Below, piece after piece: positions 39,720 through 48,596 of a stretch of 64,000 nt of DNA. Source of the stretch: an uncultured virus (IMG/VR IMGVR_UViG_3300025122_000011) (Duplodnaviria > Heunggongvirae > Uroviricota > Caudoviricetes); IMG/VR virus record IMGVR_UViG_3300025122_000011; one strand, 5' to 3'. A model generated the notes under the pieces. That model saw only the letters and a program-made list of their open reading frames with translations, was not told the origin of the DNA and searched no databases. Within the stretch, counting starts at the first letter, position 1. Each line of letters begins with the position of its first letter. A program made the translations under genes and the position numbers.

Positions 39720-40676
39720 ATGATTTCTCCAGTGTTTATTAGAGACTACCTGACCGAAAAGTTCAAGAAAGATGGAAAAATTGTTTCAGACGGGACTGAG
39801 ATAGTTATTCCGTCTATTTTCATAAAAGGTGATTACAAATGCCATATGAGTATCAACCTTGATACTGGTATGTGGCAGTGTTTTAAGTCTAAAGAAAAAG
39901 GTGGGTTTCTCAAACTATACGCAATATTGGAAGAAGTTGAGTATAGCCGAGCCAAAGGAGAGGTCTTCTACAGTTCTTATCTATCCAAGTATACTCCCAA
40001 AGAAGAAATTACTAAGTCCAACATCAAACGAGAAGCATTTGATTTTGACGAATTCCTGGCTGATTGCCAACCCTTGTGGGAAGTAGACCACAGAGATGTT
40101 ACTCGTCTAGTAGAAGATGCATCTAATTTCTTACAGGATAGATGTCTTTGGGATACTGGGAAATATTGGGTGTGCCAGAAAGGCGACTATGAAGGGCGTT
40201 TAATAATTCCATTCTTTCTAGGTGAGAAGGTAGTTTTCTTCCAAGGCAGGACTCTTGATGACAGAATGCCTAAATACAAGAATTTCAAAGGTATGAAGTG
40301 TTCTGACATCCTATACCCTTTCGATTGGGAAGCGGACGAACTATACGTTACTGAGGGGGTTCTGTGCTGTAAAACTCTGAGATCTTTGGGATACAATGCT
40401 ACTTGCATTAGCGGGTCTTATGTGAGTCGTGAACAGGCTCTTCAACTAAAACAGTTTGAAGGTAAACTTATCCTGGCTATGGATAATGATGAAGCAGGAA
40501 TTTCCGCTACCCAATCCTTTAATCAAACTAGAAAAAGTCTAATGATGCCTTCTTTCTGGAGTGTGAGCCCTCTCTCCCCTTATAAGGATTGGAATGAGGA
40601 ATACGTCAACGAAGGGTCAATTTATCTAAAACCAACTCTATATGATTGGGCTCACGTAGCTGCTAACGCACTATAA
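39720..40676 (+). CDS. DNA primase (TOPRIM; degenerate Zn-binding domain)
   Basis: WQCF, RLIIPF, FQGR, PKYKN, YVTEG, AMDNDEAG and KDWNE. Confidence 0.88.
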   Translation: MISPVFIRDYLTEKFKKDGKIVSDGTEIVIPSIFIKGDYKCHMSINLDTGMWQCFKSKEKGGFLKLYAILEEVEYSRAKGEVFYSSYLSKYTPKEEITKSNIKREAFDFDEFLADCQPLWEVDHRDVTRLVEDASNFLQDRCLWDTGKYWVCQKGDYEGRLIIPFFLGEKVVFFQGRTLDDRMPKYKNFKGMKCSDILYPFDWEADELYVTEGVLCCKTLRSLGYNATCISGSYVSREQALQLKQFEGKLILAMDNDEAGISATQSFNQTRKSLMMPSFWSVSPLSPYKDWNEEYVNEGSIYLKPTLYDWAHVAANAL

Positions 40677-41616
40677 AGTGCATAAGCGGAGTTACAATAG
40701 TTTCATTGAGAACTGTATACTTTACTCTTAGTGCATAGGGGCCAAGTAAAGCACCTGACTCTCCTGTAGCTACCGACGCCATTGTCTTTAGGTCATTAGT
40801 ATTCCAGTTAAACAACAGAGTATTATCTGAAGTAATATCCACTGTGGCTGAAGTATCTGAATATGCTGACACAGTTAAATGTCCCGCCAAAGCTTGATTG
40901 TCGTTCAGCTTGATAATCTGGAACATAGCACTCGTAATGACGCTGTCCTTGAAAATGTTACGAGCAGCCTCATCGATATTACGATTTTCAATAGCTACGG
41001 TAGCCTCTACCTTTAGGTTCACGGTTGAACCCAGATCAACATGCTTATTAGTTAGCCTGTTATGCATCTTGATAATTAGAGGTTCTGTAATGGCTATAAA
41101 CGTATTATCATGAAGAGATACATCTCGAATGTAAGTTGTATAATTAGACGATCCTACATTCCTTACTGTCCAAACATCAATGTAATCCCCAATTGCACTA
41201 ACAGCATTAGCCAGTGCGCTACCATTGAAATGCCCTGACAGGTCCAAAGTCCCATCGAGAACAGCAATATACTCACCAGTCTTTACACGATAGATTCCAG
41301 AAGCGGCTTCTCCTGGTTCATACGCTGTAGCTGCCAGAGCACTTCCAGCTACTCGACCTCCCCCAGGCATCCCGAGAGGGGAAGAAGCCTGGAAATGCAT
41401 AAGGATATCACCATAAACCCCCGTAGCAATCAGGCCACTACCATTCAAAATAGTGCTAGGACTGACATTCTTATCTTTCTGGAAGATGGAAACGCTACTA
41501 ATGCTATTCGGATCTGTAAACTGCCCGTCATTAATAAAAAACATACGCAGCCCCACCCGTTGGTTTACACCAGGGCGATTGTGCCTATCTACTAGTTCTA
41601 CTCCGTTCAGCAGCAT
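40663..41616 (-). CDS. Probable virion structural protein
   Basis: 317-aa beta-rich ORF downstream of gp26/gp51; no family recognised. Confidence 0.6.
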   Translation of the reverse strand: MLLNGVELVDRHNRPGVNQRVGLRMFFINDGQFTDPNSISSVSIFQKDKNVSPSTILNGSGLIATGVYGDILMHFQASSPLGMPGGGRVAGSALAATAYEPGEAASGIYRVKTGEYIAVLDGTLDLSGHFNGSALANAVSAIGDYIDVWTVRNVGSSNYTTYIRDVSLHDNTFIAITEPLIIKMHNRLTNKHVDLGSTVNLKVEATVAIENRNIDEAARNIFKDSVITSAMFQIIKLNDNQALAGHLTVSAYSDTSATVDITSDNTLLFNWNTNDLKTMASVATGESGALLGPYALRVKYTVLNETIVTPLMHFIVR

Positions 41617-41785
41617 TGTTTTGTCTTTCTATATCCTCGTTGTAGAGTTTTAGGAAAATTGCTCTGTCGGTTCTAGTAAGTGACAGTAAATCAGACCAAG
41701 TAAAGCCTATTTCCTTTATAAGTATATAGGCTTCTAGATAGAGAGAGTTTAAGTCTAAAAATTCTTCTATCTCCCTGTAAAAAAA
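41585..41785 (-). CDS. gp51-like ORF lacking ATG, in the -1 frame of gp26; probable frameshift extension
   Basis: Hand translation gives YREIEEFLDLNSLYLEAYILIKEIGFTWSDLLSLTRTDRAIFLKLYNEDIERQNNAAERSRTSR*, a gp51/gpT-like pattern. Entered at the T7 run 41779-41785. Confidence 0.8.
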   Translation of the reverse strand, partial: FFYREIEEFLDLNSLYLEAYILIKEIGFTWSDLLSLTRTDRAIFLKLYNEDIERQNNAAERSRTSR

Positions 41786-42519
41786 CTTTCGTCAAACGGA
41801 ACCTCCAATTTAGTTTCACAGCCACATCCTAGAGATTCGCATTTATAGAGAAATTGAGTATCAACTCCATACTCAGGCATACCGATCCCATTGAGTAGAG
41901 TATGAATATCTTTAAGCTTGAGCTTTTTTACAACAGCCGAAATAATCTCTTTATTTGTATGTCCATCTATACTCTCAATAAATCTATACATATTGGCAGC
42001 AGCAACTTCTACATTATTTAGATACTTGTGGTCCTCAGCCTTAGGAAAGATCACCCGAGCATGTTTTTCACAAACAGGAAGATAGACTTCTCTAGGATTA
42101 GTAAGATCTTCGGGGACCTTGAGGTGAGCTAATTTAGAGATATCAATAGAAATCGGCTGCGTATCCCCACACTCAGGACAAGTAATATCGGCCTTAAAAT
42201 CAGAACCGTAGGAAATCTCTCTAATCTTTATTAGAATATAGATTTTATCCATCTCCAAGATTTGTCCTGGGGACACGTTTAGCAGGCACCTAGAAATAAT
42301 ATAATTTATAGCTTTGTCCCCTCTAGCATCTTTTATGGATGCTATCCCTCTTTCATCCTCAAACGTCATCGGTCTAATCTGAATTGGACGACTTGGATCT
42401 TGTGGCGTATAGAACAACCCTCTCGATGGGAAATCAGCATCTACTGCGATGTCATCAGGCACGCAACCAAGAATATCGGCTACTATTTCTTCGTGAGATA
42501 GTGTTTGTTTTTGTGTCAT
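41767..42519 (-). CDS. gp26: Baseplate hub assembly / tail assembly chaperone (gp26-like)
   Basis: FPSRGLFY, IRPMTFEDE, DKIYILIKIREISYG, two CxxC-type motifs, and C-terminal PFDESFF. Confidence 0.85.
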   Translation of the reverse strand: MTQKQTLSHEEIVADILGCVPDDIAVDADFPSRGLFYTPQDPSRPIQIRPMTFEDERGIASIKDARGDKAINYIISRCLLNVSPGQILEMDKIYILIKIREISYGSDFKADITCPECGDTQPISIDISKLAHLKVPEDLTNPREVYLPVCEKHARVIFPKAEDHKYLNNVEVAAANMYRFIESIDGHTNKEIISAVVKKLKLKDIHTLLNGIGMPEYGVDTQFLYKCESLGCGCETKLEVPFDESFFTGR

Positions 42520-42548
42520 AAAATAACTCCAATAGCTATAATAGTCGC

Positions 42549-43964
42549 GTGGAAATCAAAATAGGAACCCAAAAAGCTCAGATTATTACTGACAACCCTG
42601 AAATACTTTCTACCTTATATGAGAGATTCTCTTTCAGGGTGAAGGGTGCAGAATTCTCTCCTGCCTACAGGGCTCGCAGATGGGATGGTAAAAAACACTT
42701 CATCACGCGGAATGGGGTATTTAGATCGGGTCTCTTAGAAAGAGTTTTAGCTATACTCACTGAGGCAGGAGTGAAACCTTCCGTTACAGGAATGGATCAT
42801 CTTCCCTGCCCACACTCAAAGGAGCGCAAGCTGCTTCGGGGACTGTCGTATTACGATTATCAATGGGAAGCTATACAAGACGCTCAGACGCACCTCAGGA
42901 TGGTTGTGCAGTCTCCTACGGGCTCTGGGAAGACAATCGTTATGGCAGGCATATGGCTAAATCTCAATTGCCCAAAGTCCCTATTTATATTCAACAAGAA
43001 GCAGCTAACCTCTCAAACTTATGAGTTCTTCAAAGCCCATGGATTGAACAGCGTTGGAATATGCACAGGAGAAGGATATGAATATGGAGATACTATGTTC
43101 TGCACTGTGCAAAGCATAGACAAGGTTTTAGACACGCACGGGGATTGTGAGGCTATCTTTGTAGATGAATGCCATGAATTTTGCCACGGTGAAACCACAC
43201 TAGCTGCGATACAGGCTTTCCCAAACGCAACGTATAGATTCGGGTTTACTGCCACCCCTCCAAAAGAAAAAAATGATTCAGTTGGATTATTCAACCTGGA
43301 AGGAGCTTTGGGGCCTATCAAGATCTACAAGACTACAGCAGAACTAGTAGATGAGGGAAAGCTCTCCAAACCTATTGTTCAATTACTACAACTTCCTAAA
43401 GATAAAACAATTGATGATGAGAACATGTCTTATCAAGAAATCTACAAAGAATGCATTGTTAATAATGAATACCGTAATCAACAGATAAAACTAATCACAG
43501 AGAAGATTAGGACAGATCACTTTGTAAGTCTTACCATGAAATATTCGACCCCTCCCCCTCCTCCCAGGATATTGATAATTGTAGAGAGTCTTGATCACCT
43601 AAATACCTTTGAAGGTATAAACGGATTCTACACCCTAGAAGGTGTAGATGACCTAGCGACACGCTATAAAGTAATACACGACTTCTTGAATCATCCCACA
43701 AGTTCTTGTTTAGTAGGAACAAAAATTATGCAGACAGGAATCAATATTCAAGAAATATCTCACTTTATAAATGCCAGAGGACTGAAATCGGAAACAGCAA
43801 CCTTACAGGCTTTAGGTCGCACTTTGAGGAAGCAGGAGGGGCAGGAGAAGGTGTTTGTTTATGATTTCCTTGATCCTTATCGATACCTAAAAGCCCATTC
43901 AGATCAGAGGAAATCTGCTTACGAAGCAGAGGGTCACGAGGTAAAAATTCTAAATGAAAACTAA
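42549..43964 (+). CDS. uvsW: SF2 DNA helicase (UvsW-like)
   Basis: WDGK N-domain, Q motif YDYQ, Walker A SPTGSGKT, DECH, GFTAT, TGINI, QALGRTLR and VYDFLD. Confidence 0.9.
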   Translation: MEIKIGTQKAQIITDNPEILSTLYERFSFRVKGAEFSPAYRARRWDGKKHFITRNGVFRSGLLERVLAILTEAGVKPSVTGMDHLPCPHSKERKLLRGLSYYDYQWEAIQDAQTHLRMVVQSPTGSGKTIVMAGIWLNLNCPKSLFIFNKKQLTSQTYEFFKAHGLNSVGICTGEGYEYGDTMFCTVQSIDKVLDTHGDCEAIFVDECHEFCHGETTLAAIQAFPNATYRFGFTATPPKEKNDSVGLFNLEGALGPIKIYKTTAELVDEGKLSKPIVQLLQLPKDKTIDDENMSYQEIYKECIVNNEYRNQQIKLITEKIRTDHFVSLTMKYSTPPPPPRILIIVESLDHLNTFEGINGFYTLEGVDDLATRYKVIHDFLNHPTSSCLVGTKIMQTGINIQEISHFINARGLKSETATLQALGRTLRKQEGQEKVFVYDFLDPYRYLKAHSDQRKSAYEAEGHEVKILNEN

Positions 43965-44181
43965 AGAAGAGATTAATAAGAAGATAGGCGAACTGTCTCA
44001 TACTGAAATATCCAAACTAGAATATATCATCAAAGTCTGCGAACGTCTAATGGAACGTAAATTGATTGATGAAGATACTTTGAAGGATCTCTCTAATATG
44101 TATACTGAGATACACATTATCAAAGAAAGTTTTACTCTTCGATTGATTAGGATTTTAAAGCAGAATCACATGTTGGACTAG
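43954..44181 (+). CDS. Small hypothetical protein
   Basis: 75 aa, overlaps the helicase stop codon. Confidence 0.6.
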   Translation: MKTKEEINKKIGELSHTEISKLEYIIKVCERLMERKLIDEDTLKDLSNMYTEIHIIKESFTLRLIRILKQNHMLD

Positions 44182-44449
44182 CATCGGAAGGTTTTTCATC
44201 TTCCCTGAGGAAGTCCAAGTTATCTACCCACGCTTTGTGAAGCTCTTCTGGGGATAACTCTCTTCCGAAAAGAAGTCTATTAGCGACCCCCCGCTCTCCA
44301 ACAGCATGAGCTAAAGCCTGCATCTTAATCCCTTTCTCCGATTGCAATTGCATTATTTTTTGTTCGTAAGAGCTAATATCATTTCTAGCTTGGGCAACCG
44401 CGAGAATAGCAGTACGAAGTTCTAGTCTAATTTTCTTCGAAAAATCCAT
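44147..44449 (-). CDS. Hypothetical coiled-coil protein
   Basis: 100 aa; GAGG SD upstream. Confidence 0.6.
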   Translation of the reverse strand: MDFSKKIRLELRTAILAVAQARNDISSYEQKIMQLQSEKGIKMQALAHAVGERGVANRLLFGRELSPEELHKAWVDNLDFLREDEKPSDASPTCDSALKS

Positions 44450-44639
44450 GCTTATTCCTCAAATCTTTCACCATTTGTGAATAGTTTTTATCCAATGCTT
44501 GGCAATGCTTTATGTCTGATGCAGAAGCTAATAGAAATGCGTCAACTAGTTCTGCTGCCTCAGTGTCTTTCACTTCCTTGAAAATTTGCATAACCTTACT
44601 GATTGCGGCTGAGCGTTCGTTAGTTTTGTGATGAGTCAT
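44427..44639 (-). CDS. Small hypothetical protein
   Basis: 70 aa; TATAAT ends exactly 6 nt before the ATG. Confidence 0.6.
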   Translation of the reverse strand: MTHHKTNERSAAISKVMQIFKEVKDTEAAELVDAFLLASASDIKHCQALDKNYSQMVKDLRNKHGFFEEN

Positions 44640-44653
44640 AGTAAAATTATAGA

Positions 44654-46627
44654 TTAGGAAATCATATTTACAGTAACAATTCCCCCCCGAGTGGTGAGAG
44701 TATTTGTAGTGAAATCACCATTAGTCCAAGATAGAGAGGTTGTCACTCCATCTGTTCCATTATGATTGAAAAAAGTATCTGCCCGCACAGTGTCAGCAAC
44801 ATGAACATCCTCCAAAGGAACAGCTTTTCCAACTCCAAAATTTCCATCCTTTCTAAGTACAGCAAGTAAGTTGAAATCACCTTGTCCCGCTTCATTAGCA
44901 GCATAAGATCCAAATCGAATACAATCTGTGTCCCCTGCCTCCGCTCCACCAAAAATAGCTGTAGCATAATCTGTCCCGTCGTAATGAAGTTCTATCCCAA
45001 ATCTCTTATCAACCCAAGGATAAAATCCTCCATTTCTTACTCCTGACCCAGTTTGGGCTCCCCCGCTGGCAAGATAAGATCCTTGACATGCAATTTGGAA
45101 TCCAGTCAAAGGTGCCCCTGCTGCTCCAACATTTAGAGCAGATGCATTATGTATTGGAGTGTTGATACAATCTATTTCAGTAAATGCACTTAGAATCAGT
45201 TTGCTAGAAACTACCACCCCCCCATTCCAAACTGTATCAGTTCCATTGAAATAAATCTCTGAATCTCCACCCGCCCCAAATCTAATTTTATGTGTATCTC
45301 CTAGAAGTCTAAGATCCCCCGCTAAGATTCCTCCTGAGGACTCTAGAAAAGGAGCATCACCAGGGGCCGTATTTTCCCAAAGTGAAGTATCATGATATAC
45401 AAGAATAGCACTAGTTTGAGGAGATGCTACAACCATATCAGTTAAATCGTCCGCTCCAATCGTAGCCTGAGGAGCGTATATGCCAATATGGTCTCCGGCA
45501 TGTTTCAAGATAACTGTGCCAAGAGGATCAGCAGACAAACTCTTAACTTCAATATTTCCATCACCATCTAAGCCAGAAACTAAGTGCTCGTTACGGGCTC
45601 CTAGAGCACCGAGATTAACCGCACTAGTAATAGCACTACCAGCAAGAGCATCCAAAGCATCCCCTACATTAGTAACATCTGGTGCAAATCTATCGTAAGT
45701 ATCATATATACCAACCAGATTGGCCCCCTGACTGTTTACCTGAGAATGTAAATCTAAAAGAGCCTCTCTAACGTTGGTAGCTGTATACCCGCCAATAGTA
45801 GCTCCATCAAATCCAACCAGAGATGCACCACTAGCAGAGTTTTCAGATTTTAAAGTTCCTGTAAGCTGATACTGAGGGTGAGCATTATCATCAAGGCCCA
45901 GGATAGTACTATGGTCAATGGCTGTCTGAAGGTAGTGAAGGTTATTCAGACCATGGTGAGTTCTGGCACTAAGATCTAGGGCACTAAGCGCAGATTGCAC
46001 ACTGGTAGAATCAAAACCCCCTACATTAGTAAATCCTATTAGTGCACAACCTTTACCCTCAACTTGTGAGGTTAGCTCATCTAAAACGTCTCCAACATTA
46101 GTAGAAGCGTAAATAGAATTAGTATCGTTGAATCCAACCAGATTAGCTCCTTTATGATTAGCTGTGGAGGTCAATGCATACAGCACCCTTCCAACATTAG
46201 TTGCTTCAGCGTCGAAGTGCTCACCGAAGCCAGCTGAGCCTCTATGCCACCCAACTACTTCAGCACCACTACCTGCTACCGTAGAGCTAAGAACAGCAGT
46301 AGCTTGATACTGAACATGGTCATTTGCGTCAAGATTGGCTAGTAAACTGTGATTAGAGGCCCCCCCCGGAACGTCTAGGATGACATCGAGTATATCCTTA
46401 CCAGCCGATACAAAAGTATCACCAGCAGCAATACTATTTGAAGATACCCCTCCCGCAGATACACCTAAGAATACTGCCGATGCTTGGAAATCAATTCCAG
46501 AGGTAGAATTGAATTGATTAACTACATCAACTTTAAGAGACGATACATCTATATGTAACGCCTCCGCTAAGGTATAATTACCATCCGATTTTTTATTTAG
46601 AACTACGGGGGTACCAGTTGCAGCCAT
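44654..46627 (-). CDS. Fibre-like virion protein with internal repeats
   Basis: About five GAxLVG(F/I/W)...TNVGD.LD.L units, two HS.L.NL...D.H.QY units, and C-terminal GNFGVG..P...VHV fibre motif. Confidence 0.65.
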   Translation of the reverse strand: MAATGTPVVLNKKSDGNYTLAEALHIDVSSLKVDVVNQFNSTSGIDFQASAVFLGVSAGGVSSNSIAAGDTFVSAGKDILDVILDVPGGASNHSLLANLDANDHVQYQATAVLSSTVAGSGAEVVGWHRGSAGFGEHFDAEATNVGRVLYALTSTANHKGANLVGFNDTNSIYASTNVGDVLDELTSQVEGKGCALIGFTNVGGFDSTSVQSALSALDLSARTHHGLNNLHYLQTAIDHSTILGLDDNAHPQYQLTGTLKSENSASGASLVGFDGATIGGYTATNVREALLDLHSQVNSQGANLVGIYDTYDRFAPDVTNVGDALDALAGSAITSAVNLGALGARNEHLVSGLDGDGNIEVKSLSADPLGTVILKHAGDHIGIYAPQATIGADDLTDMVVASPQTSAILVYHDTSLWENTAPGDAPFLESSGGILAGDLRLLGDTHKIRFGAGGDSEIYFNGTDTVWNGGVVVSSKLILSAFTEIDCINTPIHNASALNVGAAGAPLTGFQIACQGSYLASGGAQTGSGVRNGGFYPWVDKRFGIELHYDGTDYATAIFGGAEAGDTDCIRFGSYAANEAGQGDFNLLAVLRKDGNFGVGKAVPLEDVHVADTVRADTFFNHNGTDGVTTSLSWTNGDFTTNTLTTRGGIVTVNMIS

Positions 46628-46635
46628 TTAACCTC

Positions 46636-48549
46636 CTACTTGAAAGGAGGTTTCTTCTTAGACTTTTTCTTTACCTTGAGGTCTTCTTCCTCAGGCTCCT
46701 CCTTTTCGACATCGACATCACCATCTCCGTCGCCGTCTATATCTAGTTCTTCTTCCCCATCTTCGCCTCCAAACTCCTCGCCTCCTTCTTCACCGAATTC
46801 TTCGCCTCCTTCTTCACCGAATTCCTCTTCTCCGAACCCTTCTCCATCTTCCATGCCTTCTTCTTCGCTGCCTGTAATTTCAGCAGCAAGATCTTGAATA
46901 AGAGCATCAAGCTTAGATAGATTACCTAGAAGATCCTCTTTATCAACCTCAGTTGGGTCTTCTTCCATTCCCGGTTCTGCGCCTGCTTCAACTTCAGCAT
47001 CTGCTTCCGCAGCAGCCATCTCTGGGTCCATTGAAGGCTCATCCATATCATCATCGCCTCCAGCTAGACCAGTTCCCATTTCTTCTTCCCCAGGCTCATC
47101 TAGCATTTCCTCAGAACCATATTGATCTTGGTCTACTTCTGGGCCAACTCCTACTCCTGGTTGTTCGCCGCCCACCATTCCTGGTTCTTCCATTCCTGGT
47201 TGTTCCATTCCTGGTTCTTCCATTCCAGGCTCAACACCTGTTTGTTTCTTTAGCATACGTAGGATATCACCAATTTGTCCTAGATCAGACGCGACACGAT
47301 CAAAATCCAAATAATCCATTAGATGCATTTCAGTCAGAAGCTTGTCATAACCAGCTTCATTAAAGATGCTGTAAATATCTTCGCAAACGTCAAGACTCTC
47401 AGACCCAGATTTCTTGCTAAGCATCCTAGACATTTCTTTTAGAACGCCCTGTTGAATTGAATCTTTCTTTGACAACTTGCCTAGAGTCTCAAAAATAACT
47501 ACTTGAGTCTTTACCAGATCTTTGAATGTCGGAACTTCTTTCAGGTTCTGAGTGCTTATTCCATAGTCCTCATTAAGACTCTTAGCCAAATGAGATCTGA
47601 TTGGCTTCTTCATCTCGTAAACCTTAGCAGAAAATGCTTTTATATCGGATGTAGAAATAGTAGAATCATTATCCATACTTAGAGCTTTTGAGAATGCCTG
47701 AGTAAGACTCTTCTTTGTTGAAAGAGCGATATACGGAACTTCCATGATTGCCTCTCCCAAAGCTTGAGCCACAACATCATCGTCGGACTCAAATACTAGA
47801 GAAGCTAGTTTTGAAACAGTTGTATTGGAAGCCCATGCTCCATCGAAATTAGTTTTAGCCTCTAGAAGCTCTCTTTTGATTAGCTCCTGCTTACAGATAA
47901 TTTCATAAATAGACTCATTTAGCCCACTCTTAATTTCATAAGATCCCTTATCACCAAGATCCTGCTCAGTAAGTTTAGGGAAGTTAAAAGCAGTGGAGAC
48001 GAGATTCATGAATCTAATAGAGTTCTTGATCTCAGGAACCTGTAGAATTGTATCCTTATTTTCTTTTAGAAACTCAACAAGCTCTTTACGGAGTTCAACA
48101 AACTTCTTATATTCACTCTCATTAGTGATACTCAGCTTCTCAGTAAACTTGGCTTTCTTAGCGTTGAGTCTAGCTACAACTCTATCAAACTTTAGACGAG
48201 TTTCCCATAGACCTAAAAGATCAGTAAATGAACAGCTAGTTGAGGGAAAATCACTATTATTTAAATTCTTTAAAAAGGCCATAGCCTTTTGAGATACAAA
48301 TTCATCGAAATGCTTACCTTCAGAAAACAAAGTAGCAGGAGTGACTTCAATGTCAGTTAGAGAGATATTGCCTTCATTGAGACTAATACTGCCTCTAATG
48401 ATCTGGTTATTCTCAGTGACAAAGGTTACTGTGCTGTCTCTTAGATCAAATAACTCTACATTATTACGTAGAGATCGTGAAAGGTAGTCCCCCAACTTTA
48501 ATATTGAAGTAACCTTTTTATTTCTGTTTTCGAATATGTTTGTAAGCAT
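46636..48549 (-). CDS. Probable prohead core protein with long acidic tail (start probably 48549)
   Basis: Follows the portal gene, where T4 has gp67/gp68. Helical body plus GMEEP and EEFGEEGG repeats. Confidence 0.6.
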   Translation of the reverse strand: MLTNIFENRNKKVTSILKLGDYLSRSLRNNVELFDLRDSTVTFVTENNQIIRGSISLNEGNISLTDIEVTPATLFSEGKHFDEFVSQKAMAFLKNLNNSDFPSTSCSFTDLLGLWETRLKFDRVVARLNAKKAKFTEKLSITNESEYKKFVELRKELVEFLKENKDTILQVPEIKNSIRFMNLVSTAFNFPKLTEQDLGDKGSYEIKSGLNESIYEIICKQELIKRELLEAKTNFDGAWASNTTVSKLASLVFESDDDVVAQALGEAIMEVPYIALSTKKSLTQAFSKALSMDNDSTISTSDIKAFSAKVYEMKKPIRSHLAKSLNEDYGISTQNLKEVPTFKDLVKTQVVIFETLGKLSKKDSIQQGVLKEMSRMLSKKSGSESLDVCEDIYSIFNEAGYDKLLTEMHLMDYLDFDRVASDLGQIGDILRMLKKQTGVEPGMEEPGMEQPGMEEPGMVGGEQPGVGVGPEVDQDQYGSEEMLDEPGEEEMGTGLAGGDDDMDEPSMDPEMAAAEADAEVEAGAEPGMEEDPTEVDKEDLLGNLSKLDALIQDLAAEITGSEEEGMEDGEGFGEEEFGEEGGEEFGEEGGEEFGGEDGEEELDIDGDGDGDVDVEKEEPEEEDLKVKKKSKKKPPFK

Positions 48550-48596
48550 AATCATTTCCTCTTAGTTATATATGCTCTAGCTAAGGTGTCAAAGTG

